From assembly GCA_964016885.1 (NCBI GenBank), contig OZ024743.1, forward strand, positions 79,546,001-79,610,000: a DNA stretch of 64,000 bases. Reading direction: 5' to 3'. The position numbers and the translations under genes are program-made. Shown one piece after another: positions 14,565 to 24,391 of this stretch. Numbering within the stretch: position 1 is the first letter of the stretch; every line of letters begins with the position of its first letter. The notes under the pieces were generated by a model, which was not told where the DNA came from, made no database searches, and was given only the letters and a program-made list of their open reading frames with translations. This DNA comes from Eledone cirrhosa (taxonomy: Eukaryota).

Positions 14565-14637
14565 GCCCGGCTAGCTCAGTCGGTAGAGCACGAGACTCTT
14601 AATCTCGGGGTCGTGGGTTCGAGCCCCACGTTGGGCG
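14565..14637 (+). tRNA. tRNA-Lys-CTT: tRNA-Lys(CTT), consensus-perfect (edge monomer)
   Basis: GCCCGGCTAGCTCAGTCGGTAGAGCACGAGACTCTTAATCTCGGGGTCGTGGGTTCGAGCCCCACGTTGGGCG; full cloverleaf, A/B boxes, downstream oligo-T. Confidence 0.95.
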
Positions 14638-14729
14638 TATGTTATTTTGTTTTTTAAGTAATGTAAGTTTCATTGGTTTCTTTTAAGAGATAATCACCTG
14701 TATTATTGTTGTTATTATTATCAAAACCC

Positions 14730-14934
14730 AGGGCAGTGGATTGGAAGTATCCAAAGAGAGTCGGACACCATGCTTTGCAGCATAGAGTTACGGTCCTTTA
14801 CGGTCTGAGCGCAAATCCCCCTGACGTTAACTTTGCCATTCTTACGGGGTCGATAAAATAAAGCTGCAGTAATGTACTGGAGTCGACTTTCCCCTCCTCC
14901 CCAAATTACTGGTCTTGTGCCTATACTAGAAACA
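14730..14934 (+). mobile_element. tRNA-derived SINE (Meta-domain-like core), longer subfamily
   Basis: Head, core GCC.TTCTTACGGGGTCGATAAA, tail AGAAACAATT; flanked by attattatcaaa(a/g)ccc at 14714 and 14935. Confidence 0.8.
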
Positions 14935-15284
14935 ATTATTATCAAAGCCCTGACTGGGGGTCGGTAGAATAACATCGTACAGAATGTTGTGTGGTACTTA
15001 GTTACGGTTGTTTCTCTTAGGGTTTGAGTTAAGATACTACTGTTGTCAATTCTACCTTTCATACTTCCGAGTACAATAAAGTACCAGTCAACTAATGACA
15101 TCAATATAATCTATGTTCTTACCCTGGGAATTACTGGTACTATGGTAAAAATATAAATGATATAGTTAAAGTCGTTGACAATTCAAACTTACTTTCAGCC
15201 AGTGTATCTTGGAATAAAATATCCTGTATGTACTTTAAAAAAAAAAATCTATTTTTGATAACAACTGAGTATTATTTAAAGGAG

Positions 15285-15467
15285 GTGGATTGGCAGTATC
15301 GGTAGAGGGTCGGATGCCATGCTTTGCAGCATAGAGTTACGTCCCTTTACGGTATGAGTTCAAATCCCTCCAAGGTTAACTTTGCCTTTCATCCTTACGG
15401 GGTCGATAAAATAAAGTACCAGTAACGTACTGGGATAATTACTGGCCTTGTGCCAAAAGTAGAAACA
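15285..15467 (+). mobile_element. Full-length SINE with 14-bp TSD
   Basis: A box TGGCAGTATCGG, B box GAGTTCAAATC, core GCCTTTCATCCTTACGGGGTCGATAAAATAAAGTACC; TSD attatttaaaggag at 15271-15284 and 15468-15481. Confidence 0.9.
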
Positions 15468-15633
15468 ATTATTTAAAGGAGAGTTTGCTACTATTTTAAG
15501 GAGGTGAGATAACCTAGGGTACATTTGCAGAGTTCACTCTGTTACAAGCATCCTTCCTCCAAACTCTTATTTATACGATCATCATTCCTTTCCTCACCTC
15601 TCTCCCTCAGAAACCCTGAAATGTCCCCTAAAT

Positions 15634-16133
15634 ATTTGTTTCTACTTTTGGCACAAGGCCAGCAATTATTCCAGTGTATTACTGGTACTTTATTTTATTG
15701 ACCCCGTAAGGATGAAAGGCAAAGTTAACCTCGGCGGGATTTGAACTCAGATAATAATTGTTTCTACTTTTTGGCACAAGGCCAGCAATTATCCCAGTAT
15801 ATTACTGGTACTTTATTGTATTGACCCAGTAAGGATGAAAGGCAAAGTTAATCTGGGCGGGATCTGAACTCAGTCTGTAAAGGGACGTAACTGTGCTGCA
15901 AAGCATGGCGTCCGACTCTCTATCGATACTGCCAATCCACCGCCCCTCAGATAATAATTGTTTCTACTTTTGGCACAAGGCCAACAATTACACAGTACAT
16001 TACTGGTACTTTATTTAATCTACCCCATAAGGATGAAAGGCAAAGTTAACCTCGACGGAATTTGAACTTAGACAGTAAAAGGACGTAACTATGCTGGAAA
16101 GCATCTCGTCCAACCCTCTACCGATACTGCCAA
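15634..16133 (-). mobile_element. Three head-to-tail SINE copies
   Basis: Three successive ttgtttctactttt...gaccccgtaaggatgaaaggcaaag blocks; middle copy flanked by ctcagataataatt (15746 and 15946). Confidence 0.88.
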
Positions 16134-16234
16134 ATTGTCCTTCCCTCGCTAAATTTACACTAAAATAACAACAAATATAAATCCTAACAAAACAATAAAT
16201 ATTAGTGATTATTATTGTCACAGAGATATCAGCA

Positions 16235-16307
16235 GCCCGGCTATATCAGTCGGTAGCGCACGAAACTCTTAATCTCGAGGTCATGGGTTCGAGCCCTACG
16301 TTGGGCG
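16235..16307 (+). pseudogene. tRNA-Lys(CTT) pseudogene
   Basis: D-stem broken (ctatatcag...tagcgc), further substitutions in anticodon and T stems. Confidence 0.85.
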
Positions 16308-16393
16308 TATGTTTTATTTTTTTAAATAATGTATTTTCCTAGCATTTAAATGTCCAATTCTGCTTATTTTGAGGGATAGTCAACTATATCGTT

Positions 16394-17150
16394 TCTTTCA
16401 TTTTCTCTCCATTACAAATCACGGTCCATGTAGCTAACTTATATGTATTTGGAATAATCTGGCACACGGAAGAGCCAAACTTGCACTGTCATCACCCCCA
16501 TCTTTCTGTATTATGAGCAGATGGGGTCCCACGTGCTGTCTGCCCCACAGCCCCGGCGGACAGAATTGAGAAGGCCTTTCCCCGGAGGATGGTAAGGAAG
16601 ATACGCTGGAAGAACCATTCCATCTCGGGAGGCGCACACCTGCGGCTAGCCAGCTCAGCGGCTATGGTGTTAAGTTGGTAGGTAGCCCTAGAGCCAAGGA
16701 ACCAGAAGTCTCCACTGCTAAGGGCTCGACCGCAAACCTGTCGGAGAGCGACTGGTACTAAGAGTGTTTGCCCTCGTCAGCCCGAAGCGCAGCAGAACCT
16801 GGGTTAGTCACAGACTGCACCAGGTTGCGGCTGGAGAAAGTGTCGCTGCAAGTGGCATCCCAGACGAGAGGTTTGCCACCGCGGAACGGGAAGATGGTCA
16901 TACCATCTAGCCTTTTGCCGTCCCCTCGGTCCAGCCCCACCGGCTTGGGCTGAGAGGGGAAACCTGTAGTATCCAAGCCATACTTTATGACCTCGCTGAG
17001 GGCGGCATGGCGTGGAAGGCGGCCTGCACTGTAGCGACAGTAAAGCGGGTGGAGGCCAAAAGATTCCACAGTGGATCCGCAACGACATTTATGTGACTTG
17101 CAGATCCGGAGGCCAAGCCTCAGGAAAACGCCAATGCGCAGGCTATCGTT
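16394..17150 (-). mobile_element. 5'-truncated non-LTR retrotransposon, CRE clade: zinc knuckle, restriction-like endonuclease and 3' region
   Basis: ORF 16758..17204: LRLG..CRC..GLHPLYC..RHAAL..DGKRLDG..WDATCSDT (CCHC, RH, PD..D motifs); homology continues past a stop (FAVEPLAVETSG); the tRNA 3' flank resumes after it; tatcgtt at 16387 and 17144. Confidence 0.82.
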
Positions 17151-17174
17151 GTTTCTGTTATTTTTATCATATAC

Positions 17175-17362
17175 CTGGCTGAGCGTTGGACAATATTGCT
17201 TCACGGCATGTAGTTACACCCCTTTATGTTCTGAGTTCAAATTTCAACGAGGTTAACTTTGTGGGGTCGATAAAATAAAGTACCAGTTACATACTGGAGT
17301 CGATTTAATTGACCTTCTCCTCCCTTAAAAATTGTTGGCCTTGTGCCTCAGTCAGAAATCCT
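17175..17362 (+). mobile_element. Old degenerate SINE
   Basis: GAGTTCAAAT, GGGGTCGATAAAATAAAGTACC, tail GGCCTTGTGCC..AGAAA. Confidence 0.7.
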
Positions 17363-18678
17363 TATCATAATAACCCTGGCTGGGGTTCCACAGAATCGTT
17401 AGAGCATCTGACAGAATTATTTGTGGTGTTTAGTTAAGGTTGGTTCTGTTACAGTTTGTGTTAAAATCATATTGTTGTTAATTTTACCTTTCATCTTTCC
17501 GAGGACGATAAAGTAAACTACCTGTCAACTAATGAAATCAATATAATCGATTTTCTCACCCTGTGAATTACTGATACTATGGTAAAAATATAAAATATTA
17601 TTATGATCACAGTCGTTTCAGATACGACCATCCACGCCTTCTTTCAGCCAATATATCCAGTATGTACTGTATTTTTCTATTTTTGAAAACAATTATTATT
17701 TGAGGGAGAGTTTGCTACTATTTCTAGGTGGTAAGATGACCATAGGTAGTATTCTTAATCTTAGGTATTATAAACAATTGTATGGTTTAACATCAACCCC
17801 TAGATTACTTTAGCAGAGGTCACTCTGTTGCAAGGATCAAGTCAGGTTTCTGTTTTTAAATTACCTCCCGCCCTCCAACCCTCTCATTAGTCACAGAATC
17901 CATTAAAACAGTCCTTCGTACTGTCTTTCCCTCACTGACTAAAACAATAATACTTTCGTTGACTCATTACAAAATTTATAATTTACATTTAGCTATGGAG
18001 AACAGTAGTCTAGCTAATATAGCCGGTAGTGTAGGATATGTCTTCCAATTCCTATTGATCTTTCTATCTTTTGTCTGACCAATCTCAGAGGACCTAAAAT
18101 CTGTCCTCAATATTGTCCTTGTTTACCTGACTAAAAAAATATTATTTTCACAAGATGCAGTCTAATAAAAACCTTATCGTTGTTTAGCCCCTGGTAAACC
18201 TCTAGACATCCTATGATCATAACCATTCTAATCACGACCCTTCTGTATCGTTTCCAGTGTATGTATGACTACATTATACAATGCACACATTTATTGTAAA
18301 ACAACCATCCAGACAGTAGTTTTCGATTTGAGGGACAGTTGGCTTCTATTTCTAGCAGGTAGAGTACTACAGGGTGTCTACCTAATGTTAAGTGATAGAC
18401 TTATGTCACCCAGTTTAAAACCACCTCCTTACCCTTAGTATAACACACCTTAGATGCCAGTTTAACATCATTAGGCACCTATCCTCACAATTAGAAAAAT
18501 CTCTTCATCTTTCTCTCCCTCATCTCTCTCCCTCTGAGACACTGAAAAGTCCCCTAAACATTGCCCTTCCCTCACTAAAACAACAACAAATATAAAACAT
18601 TACAACACAATATATATCACTAAACATTGTTACCTTATGACAGTATTAGTGAGTATTATTGTCACAGTACTACCATCA

Positions 18679-18751
18679 GCCCGGCTAGCTCAGTCAGTAG
18701 AGCACGAGACTCTTAATCTCGGGGTCGTGGGTTCGAGCCCCACGTTGGGCG
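18679..18751 (+). tRNA. tRNA-Lys-CTT: tRNA-Lys(CTT) variant (G18A)
   Basis: One substitution at invariant G18 (A box); function doubtful. Confidence 0.65.
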
Positions 18752-18852
18752 TATGTTTTTTTTTAATGATTTATTATCCTAGTAAATTATTTTTTCCATT
18801 TCCTTCTTTTAAGAGATAGCTATCAGTATTGTTGGTAATATTATCATAGGTC

Positions 18853-19058
18853 TGGCTGAGGATCGAGCACAATTGTTAGAGCATCGGACAGAATGATTCA
18901 TGGCATAACGTTTCCTCCCTTTACATTCTGAGTTGAAATCCTGCTGAATTTAACTGTGCCTTTCATCGTTACGGTGTTAAAATAAGGACCGGGAACACAC
19001 TGAAGTCTGAGAAACCTTTCCCTCCCCAATTCTTGGCCTTGTTCGTAAATCAGAAATC
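18853..19058 (+). mobile_element. Old degenerate SINE
   Basis: GAGTTGAAATC, GCCTTTCATCGTTACGG, tail GGCCTTGT..AGAAA; same position in its monomer as the 17.2 kb copy. Confidence 0.65.
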
Positions 19059-19680
19059 CTTATTATCATGGCCCTGACTGAGGATCGGAAGAAACGTTAG
19101 ATCATCGGAAATAACGTTTTGAGGCATTTAGTTAGGTTTTATTTTTTCTGTTACAGTTTAAAATCCTATTGATGTTAATTTAACCGTTCATCTTTGTGAG
19201 GACGATAACTGAAAGTACCAGTTAAGTAATGGAATCAATATAATCAATTGCCTCCCTGTGAATAACTGGGTCTATAGTAAACATAAAATGTTATTTTGAT
19301 CACAGTCGTTCCAGTCTTGACCATTCAAACTTAATATCAGCCAATGTATCTTGAACTAAAATATCCTAAAAGGTGTCTACCAAATGTTAAGTGATAGACT
19401 TATGTCACCCAGTTTAAAACCACCTCCTTACCCTTAGTATAACAAACCTTAGATCCCAGTTTAACACCATTAGGCACCTATCCTCCTCACAATTAGAAGA
19501 ATCTCTTCATTTTTTCCTTCCTCACCTCTCTCCCTCTGAGACACTGAAAAGTTCCCTAAACATTGCCCTTCCCTCACTAAAACAACAACAAATATAAAAC
19601 ATTACAACACAATATATATCACTAAATATTGTTAACTTATGACAGTATTAGTGAGTATTATTGTCACAGTACTACCATCA

Positions 19681-19753
19681 GCCCGGCTAGCTCAGTCGGT
19701 TGAGCACGAGACTCTTAATCTCGGGGTCGTGGGTTCGAGCCCCACGTTGGGCG
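19681..19753 (+). tRNA. tRNA-Lys-CTT: tRNA-Lys(CTT) variant (A21T), D-type monomer
   Basis: One substitution in the D loop. Confidence 0.7.
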
Positions 19754-19842
19754 TATATATATATATATTTTTTATAATTTATTTTCCTAGTAAATTAATT
19801 TTCACATTAATTTATTTTAAGAGGAACTCACCTGTATTATCG

Positions 19843-20025
19843 TGGATTGGCAGTATCGGTAGAGGGTCGGACGCCATACTTTCCAGCATAGAGTTACGCC
19901 ATTTTATGGTCTGAGTTGAAATCCCGCCGTGGTTAACTTTTCCTTTCATCCTTACGGGGTCGATAAAACAAAGTACCAGTAATGTACTGGCGTAATGCTG
20001 GTCTAGTGCCCAAAGTAAAAACAAT
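19843..20025 (+). mobile_element. SINE, near full length
   Basis: GTGGATTGGCAGTATCGGTAG head, core, tail; attatc on both sides; paralog at about 56188-56370. Confidence 0.8.
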
Positions 20026-20047
20026 TATCATAACCCTGGTTGCAGAG

Positions 20048-20204
20048 CCCTCTGCGTTGTTATTGACATTCACCACCGCTGATGTAGACCAGTTGAACTC
20101 GGAGCCGACCTCTCACCAGAGCAGGGAACACCGATCGCAGGTGGTGGCAGACAGTCTCCATGGGCCCAAGTAACGTGGCATCATCCAGGTACCAAAAGTT
20201 CAAA
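20048..20204 (-). mobile_element. Short CRE-like RT fragment (YLDD region)
   Basis: ggcatcatccaggtaccaaaagttca reads NFWYLDDA on the minus strand; diverged from the longer fragments; paralog at about 56393-56549. Confidence 0.7.
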
Positions 20205-20278
20205 TTTACACTAAAACAACAAATATAAAACATAACAAAACAATATATATATTACATTATATATTACACTATATATAT

Positions 20279-20464
20279 TATATAATGTAGAAAGTGATCT
20301 AAGGCTTAAACAATGTAAAATGTACGATAAGATGGAGGTAAGGAAACATTTAGTTACCTGGTAATGATCGTCTGCTATATTACCAGGTAACTAAAGGTTA
20401 GGTTACCTTCATCCTACCGTCCACTTTACATTGTTTAACCTTATATCACTTTCTACATTATATA
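20279..20464. repeat. ~186-bp imperfect palindrome (foldback/MITE-like), hairpin H1, one per unit upstream of slot A
   Basis: Left arm tataatgtagaaagtgat...tttagttacctggtaat, 13-nt loop, right arm attaccaggtaactaaa...atcactttctacattata; copies start near 25131, 28456, 31781, 35106, 38459, 41628, 44136 (inverted), 45800, 51189, 54524, 56624, 61011. Confidence 0.92.
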
Positions 20465-20563
20465 TTATATACAATACTTCAACCAAACAACATCTTGTGA
20501 TCATTAAAATATTGTTACCCTATGACAGTATTAGTGATTATTATTGTCCCCGAGTTACCAGCA

Positions 20564-20636
20564 GCCCGGCTAGCTCAGTCGGTAGAGCACGAGACTCTTA
20601 ATCTCGGGGTCGTGGGTTCGAGCCCCACGTTGGGCG
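20564..20636 (+). tRNA. tRNA-Lys-CTT: tRNA-Lys(CTT), perfect, slot A
   Basis: Identical to consensus; T5 terminator about 10 nt downstream. Confidence 0.95.
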
Positions 20637-20723
20637 GATGTCATCTTTTTAAAAATAATTTATGTTCCTAGTAAATAAATTTCCCCATAGGTTTATATTG
20701 AGAGTCACTCCCCGGTATTGTTA

Positions 20724-21010
20724 TTTATCGACCCCGTAAGGATGAAAGGCAAAGTTAACTTCGGCGGGATTTGAACACAGAATGGCAAGGGTCGTAACTC
20801 TATGCGTCAAAGCATGGCGTCCGACCCTCTGGTAGTATTGGTAGAGGCTCGGACGCCATGCTTTGACGCATAGGGTTACGGCCCTTGCCATTCTGAGTAC
20901 AAATCCCAGCGAAGTTAACTTTGCCTTTCATCCTTACGGGGTCGATAAAATAAAGTACCAGTAATTCACTGGTTCATTGCTGGCCTTGTGCCAAAAAGTA
21001 GAAACAATTA
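20724..21010. mobile_element. Head-to-head inverted SINE pair (hairpin H2, ~105-bp arms), one per unit downstream of slot A
   Basis: 20724-20830 is the reverse complement of 20843-20949, 12-nt spacer; the right copy continues to the SINE tail; copies near 25576, 28901, 32226, 35555, 38907, 42048, 43662 (inverted), 46249, 48473, 51637, 54973, 57896, 61459. Confidence 0.92.
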
Positions 21011-21771
21011 TTATCCTAGCCCCAGAAGGGCGTCAGGTTGGCAGAATCGGCAGAGCGTCGGACAGAACTGTTTGTGGTATTTATTTACGATAGGTTCTGT
21101 TACAGTTTCTGTTAAAATCCTACTTCTGTTAATTGTTCCTTTTATAATTCCGAGAATGACCAATCAACAAATGAAATCGATATAATTGATTTTCTCACTC
21201 TGTATTATGATCACAGTCGTTCCAATCATGACCATTGAGGCAGTTTATCTTGGATCAAATATCCTTATTTAACTATTTTTGACAACAACAATGTATGATT
21301 TGAGGGAGATTTTGCTACTATTTTTAGGAGGTAAGATGACCATAGGTGGTATTCTTAATCTTAGGTGTTAGAAACAATCTGTTGTATGGTTTAACATAAA
21401 CTCCCATGGAACCTTTACAGAGGTCACTCTGTTGTTGGCATCCTGATAAGGTTTCTGTTTTTAAATTACCTTCCGTTCTCCTATCCTTCTATTCATAGGA
21501 TCATCCTTCTCTGAAAAGTCCCCTAAACATTGCCCTTCCCTCTGTAAATTTACACTATTGCCAGCATCCAGGACATGCCTCTGGTTTCAGAATAAAGTCA
21601 TACTTCCCTTCGTCACCTCTCTCCCTCTAAGACCTTGAAAAGTTCCCTAAACATTGCCCTTCCATCAGTAAAACAACAACAAATATAAAAACTAACAAAA
21701 CAATATATATCACTAAATATTGTTACCTTATGACAGTATTAGTGGTTATTATTGTCACAGTGTTATCAGCA

Positions 21772-21844
21772 AACCGGCTAGCTCAGTTGGTAGAGCACGA
21801 GTCTCTTAATCTCGGGGTCGTGGGTTCGAGCCCCACGTTGGGCG
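21772..21844 (+). pseudogene. tRNA-Lys(CTT) degenerate, slot B
   Basis: G1A, C2A, C17T, A31T. Confidence 0.8.
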
Positions 21845-22031
21845 TATGTCATTTTATTAGTAATTTGTTTTCCTAGTAAATTAATTTCCCATTGATTTCT
21901 TTTAAGAGATAGTCACCTGTATTATTGTTGTTATTTTCTTAACCCTGGCTGGTGTTCGGCAGAATCATTAGAGCATCGGACAGCATGTTTTGTGGTATTA
22001 TGTACGGTTGTTATTGTTAGTGTTTAAGTTA

Positions 22032-22408
22032 CCAATTCTATCAGGTAAGGTGGCTTGTTGCCATCCAAAGTCATCAAACCTGACGTTGCATATCTCCTCA
22101 GCTGCTACACGGATACAAGAGTGAAGGTCAGTGAGGAGAGATACGTGGTTGTAGCAAGGAACGATAGGTAGTGTGTAGAGGAATTTCTACATGGTGAAGC
22201 AGTTCCTCAACAGGAAGAGGGCTGGGTGGACGTCACTTATGTCCAGTCTGTTCGTGAGGCTTGTGAGCTGTTGGAGCCCGAACATGATCGTGGAGTGGAT
22301 GGCCGGCGAGCGGATCCGTGACCGGAGGATGAGGACATCCTCTTTCGGGGTCACCTGCACCTGGAGGAGAATGACTCGCACATCCAAGACGGAGGCTGCA
22401 AAGCACAC
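22032..22408 (-). mobile_element. CRE-like RT fragment truncated by a deletion
   Basis: Same sequence as the other units, but fused to a SINE core at about 22408. Confidence 0.75.
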
Positions 22409-23224
22409 CGAAATCAAATTTGCCTTTCATCCTTACGGGGTCGACAAAATAAAGTACCAGTAATTCACTGTCTCATTACTGGCCTTGTGCCAAAAAGTAG
22501 AAACAATTATTATCCTAGCCCTAGAAGGGCGTCAGGTTGACAGAATCGGCAGAGAGTCGGACAGAACTGTTTGTGGTATTTATTTACGATAGGTTCTGTT
22601 ACAGTTTCTGTTAACATCCTACTTCTGTTAATTGTTCCTTTTATAATTCCGAGAATGATAAAATACCAATCAACAAATAAAATCGATATCATTGATTTTC
22701 TCACTCTGTATTATGATCACAGTCGTTCCAATCACGACCATTGAGGCAGTTTATCTTGGATCAAATATCCTTATTTATCTATTTTTGACAACAATGTATG
22801 ATTTGAGGGAGATTTTGCTACTATTTTTAGGAGGTAAGATGACCATAGGTGGTATTATTAATCTTAGGTGTTAGAAACAATCTGTTGTATGGTTTAACAT
22901 AAACTCCTATGGAACCTTTACAGAGGTCACTCTGTTGTTGGCATCCTGATAAGGTTTCTGTTTTTAAATTACCTTCCGTTCTCCTATCCTTCTATTCATA
23001 GGATCATCATTCTCTGAAAAGTCCTCTAAACATTGCCCTTCCCTCTGTAAATTCAAACTATTGCCAGCATCCAGGACATGCCTCTGGTTTCAGAATAAAG
23101 TCATACTTCCCTTCGTCACCTCTGTCCCTCTAAAACCCTGAAAAGTTCCCTAAACATTGCCCTTCCCTCACTAAAACAACAACAAATATAAAACATAACA
23201 AAACAATATATATCACTAAATATT

Positions 23225-23400
23225 TGTGTCTACTTTAGGCACAAGGCCAGCCAATACCCAGTTCATTACTGGTACTTTATTTTATCGACCCCGTAAGGAT
23301 GAAAGGCAAAGTCAACCTCGGCGGGATTTGAACTCAGATCGTAAAGGGACGCAACTATGCTGGAAAGCCTGGCGTCCGACACTCTACCGATACTGCCATC
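23225..23400 (-). mobile_element. SINE with 9-bp TSD, ~60 bp upstream of slot B; polymorphic among units
   Basis: TSD ctaaatatt at 23216-23224 and 23401-23409; also present near 26.55, 29.88, 33.20, 36.56, 52.61, 58.90, 62.43 kb; empty site near 21.72, 39.92, 43.05, 47.25, 49.47 kb. Confidence 0.9.
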
Positions 23401-23459
23401 CTAAATATTGTTACCTTATGACAGTATTAGTGATTATTATTGTCACATTGTTATCAGCA

Positions 23460-23532
23460 GCCCGGCTAGCTCAGTCGGTAGAGCACGAGACTCTTAATCT
23501 CGGGGTCGTGGGTTCGAGCCCCACGTTGGGCG
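23460..23532 (+). tRNA. tRNA-Lys-CTT: tRNA-Lys(CTT), perfect, slot B
   Basis: Identical to consensus; T5 terminator. Confidence 0.94.
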
Positions 23533-23719
23533 TATGTCTTTTTATTAGTAATTTGTTTTCATAGTAAATTAATTTCCCATTGGTTTCTTTTAAGAGATAG
23601 TCACCTGTATTATTGTTGTTATTTTTATAACCCTGGCTGGTGTTCGGCAGAATCGTTAGAGCATCGGACAGAATGTTTTGTGGTATTATGTACGGTTGTT
23701 ACTGTTAGTGTTTAAGTTA

Positions 23720-24276
23720 CCAATTCTATCAGGTCAGGTGGCTTGTTGCCATCCAAAGTCATCAAACCTGACGTTGCATATCTCCTCAGCTGCTACACGG
23801 ATACGAGAGTGAAGGTCAGTGAGGAGAGATACGTGGTTGTAGCAAGGAACGATAGGTAGTGTGTAGAGGAGTTTCTACATGGTGAAGCAGTTCCTCAACA
23901 GGAAGAGGGCTGGGTGGACGTCACTTATGTCCAGTCTGTTCGTGAGGGTTGTGAGCTGTTGGAGCCAGAACATGATCGTGGAGTGGATGGCCGGCGAGCT
24001 GATCCGTGACCGGAGGATGAGGACATCCTCTTTCGGGGTCACCTGCACCTGGAGGAGAATGACTCGCACATCCAAGACGGAGGCTGCAAAGCACACTCCG
24101 TCGTTATTGACATTCACCACCTCCGAGTTGGACCAGTTGACCTCGGATCCGATTCTCGCGAGAACAGGAACGACTGATCGCAGGTCGTGACAGACAGTCT
24201 CCATGGGCCCAAGTAACGTGTCATCATCCAGGTACCAAAAGTTCAAATGGGCATTGATGTTCCGAGCAATGTGGTC
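23720..24276 (-). mobile_element. CRE-like reverse transcriptase fragment (YLDD to thumb), pseudogenised
   Basis: LNFWYLDD.TLLG..IG.EVN.S.SE..ALFLLRNCF, stop, then KLLYTL..ICNV..WQQAT; internal fragment with neither element end. Confidence 0.8.
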
Positions 24277-24318
24277 ATACCAGTACTATTGATTATTGTT
24301 GTTCATGTGTTGCCATCA

Positions 24319-24391
24319 GCCCGGCTAGCTCAGTCGGTAGATCACGATACTCTTAATCTCGGGGTCGTGGGTTCGAGCCCCCCGTTGGGCG
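24319..24391 (+). pseudogene. tRNA-Lys(CTT) degenerate, slot C
   Basis: G24T, G30T, A64C give mismatches in the D, anticodon and T stems. Confidence 0.8.
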
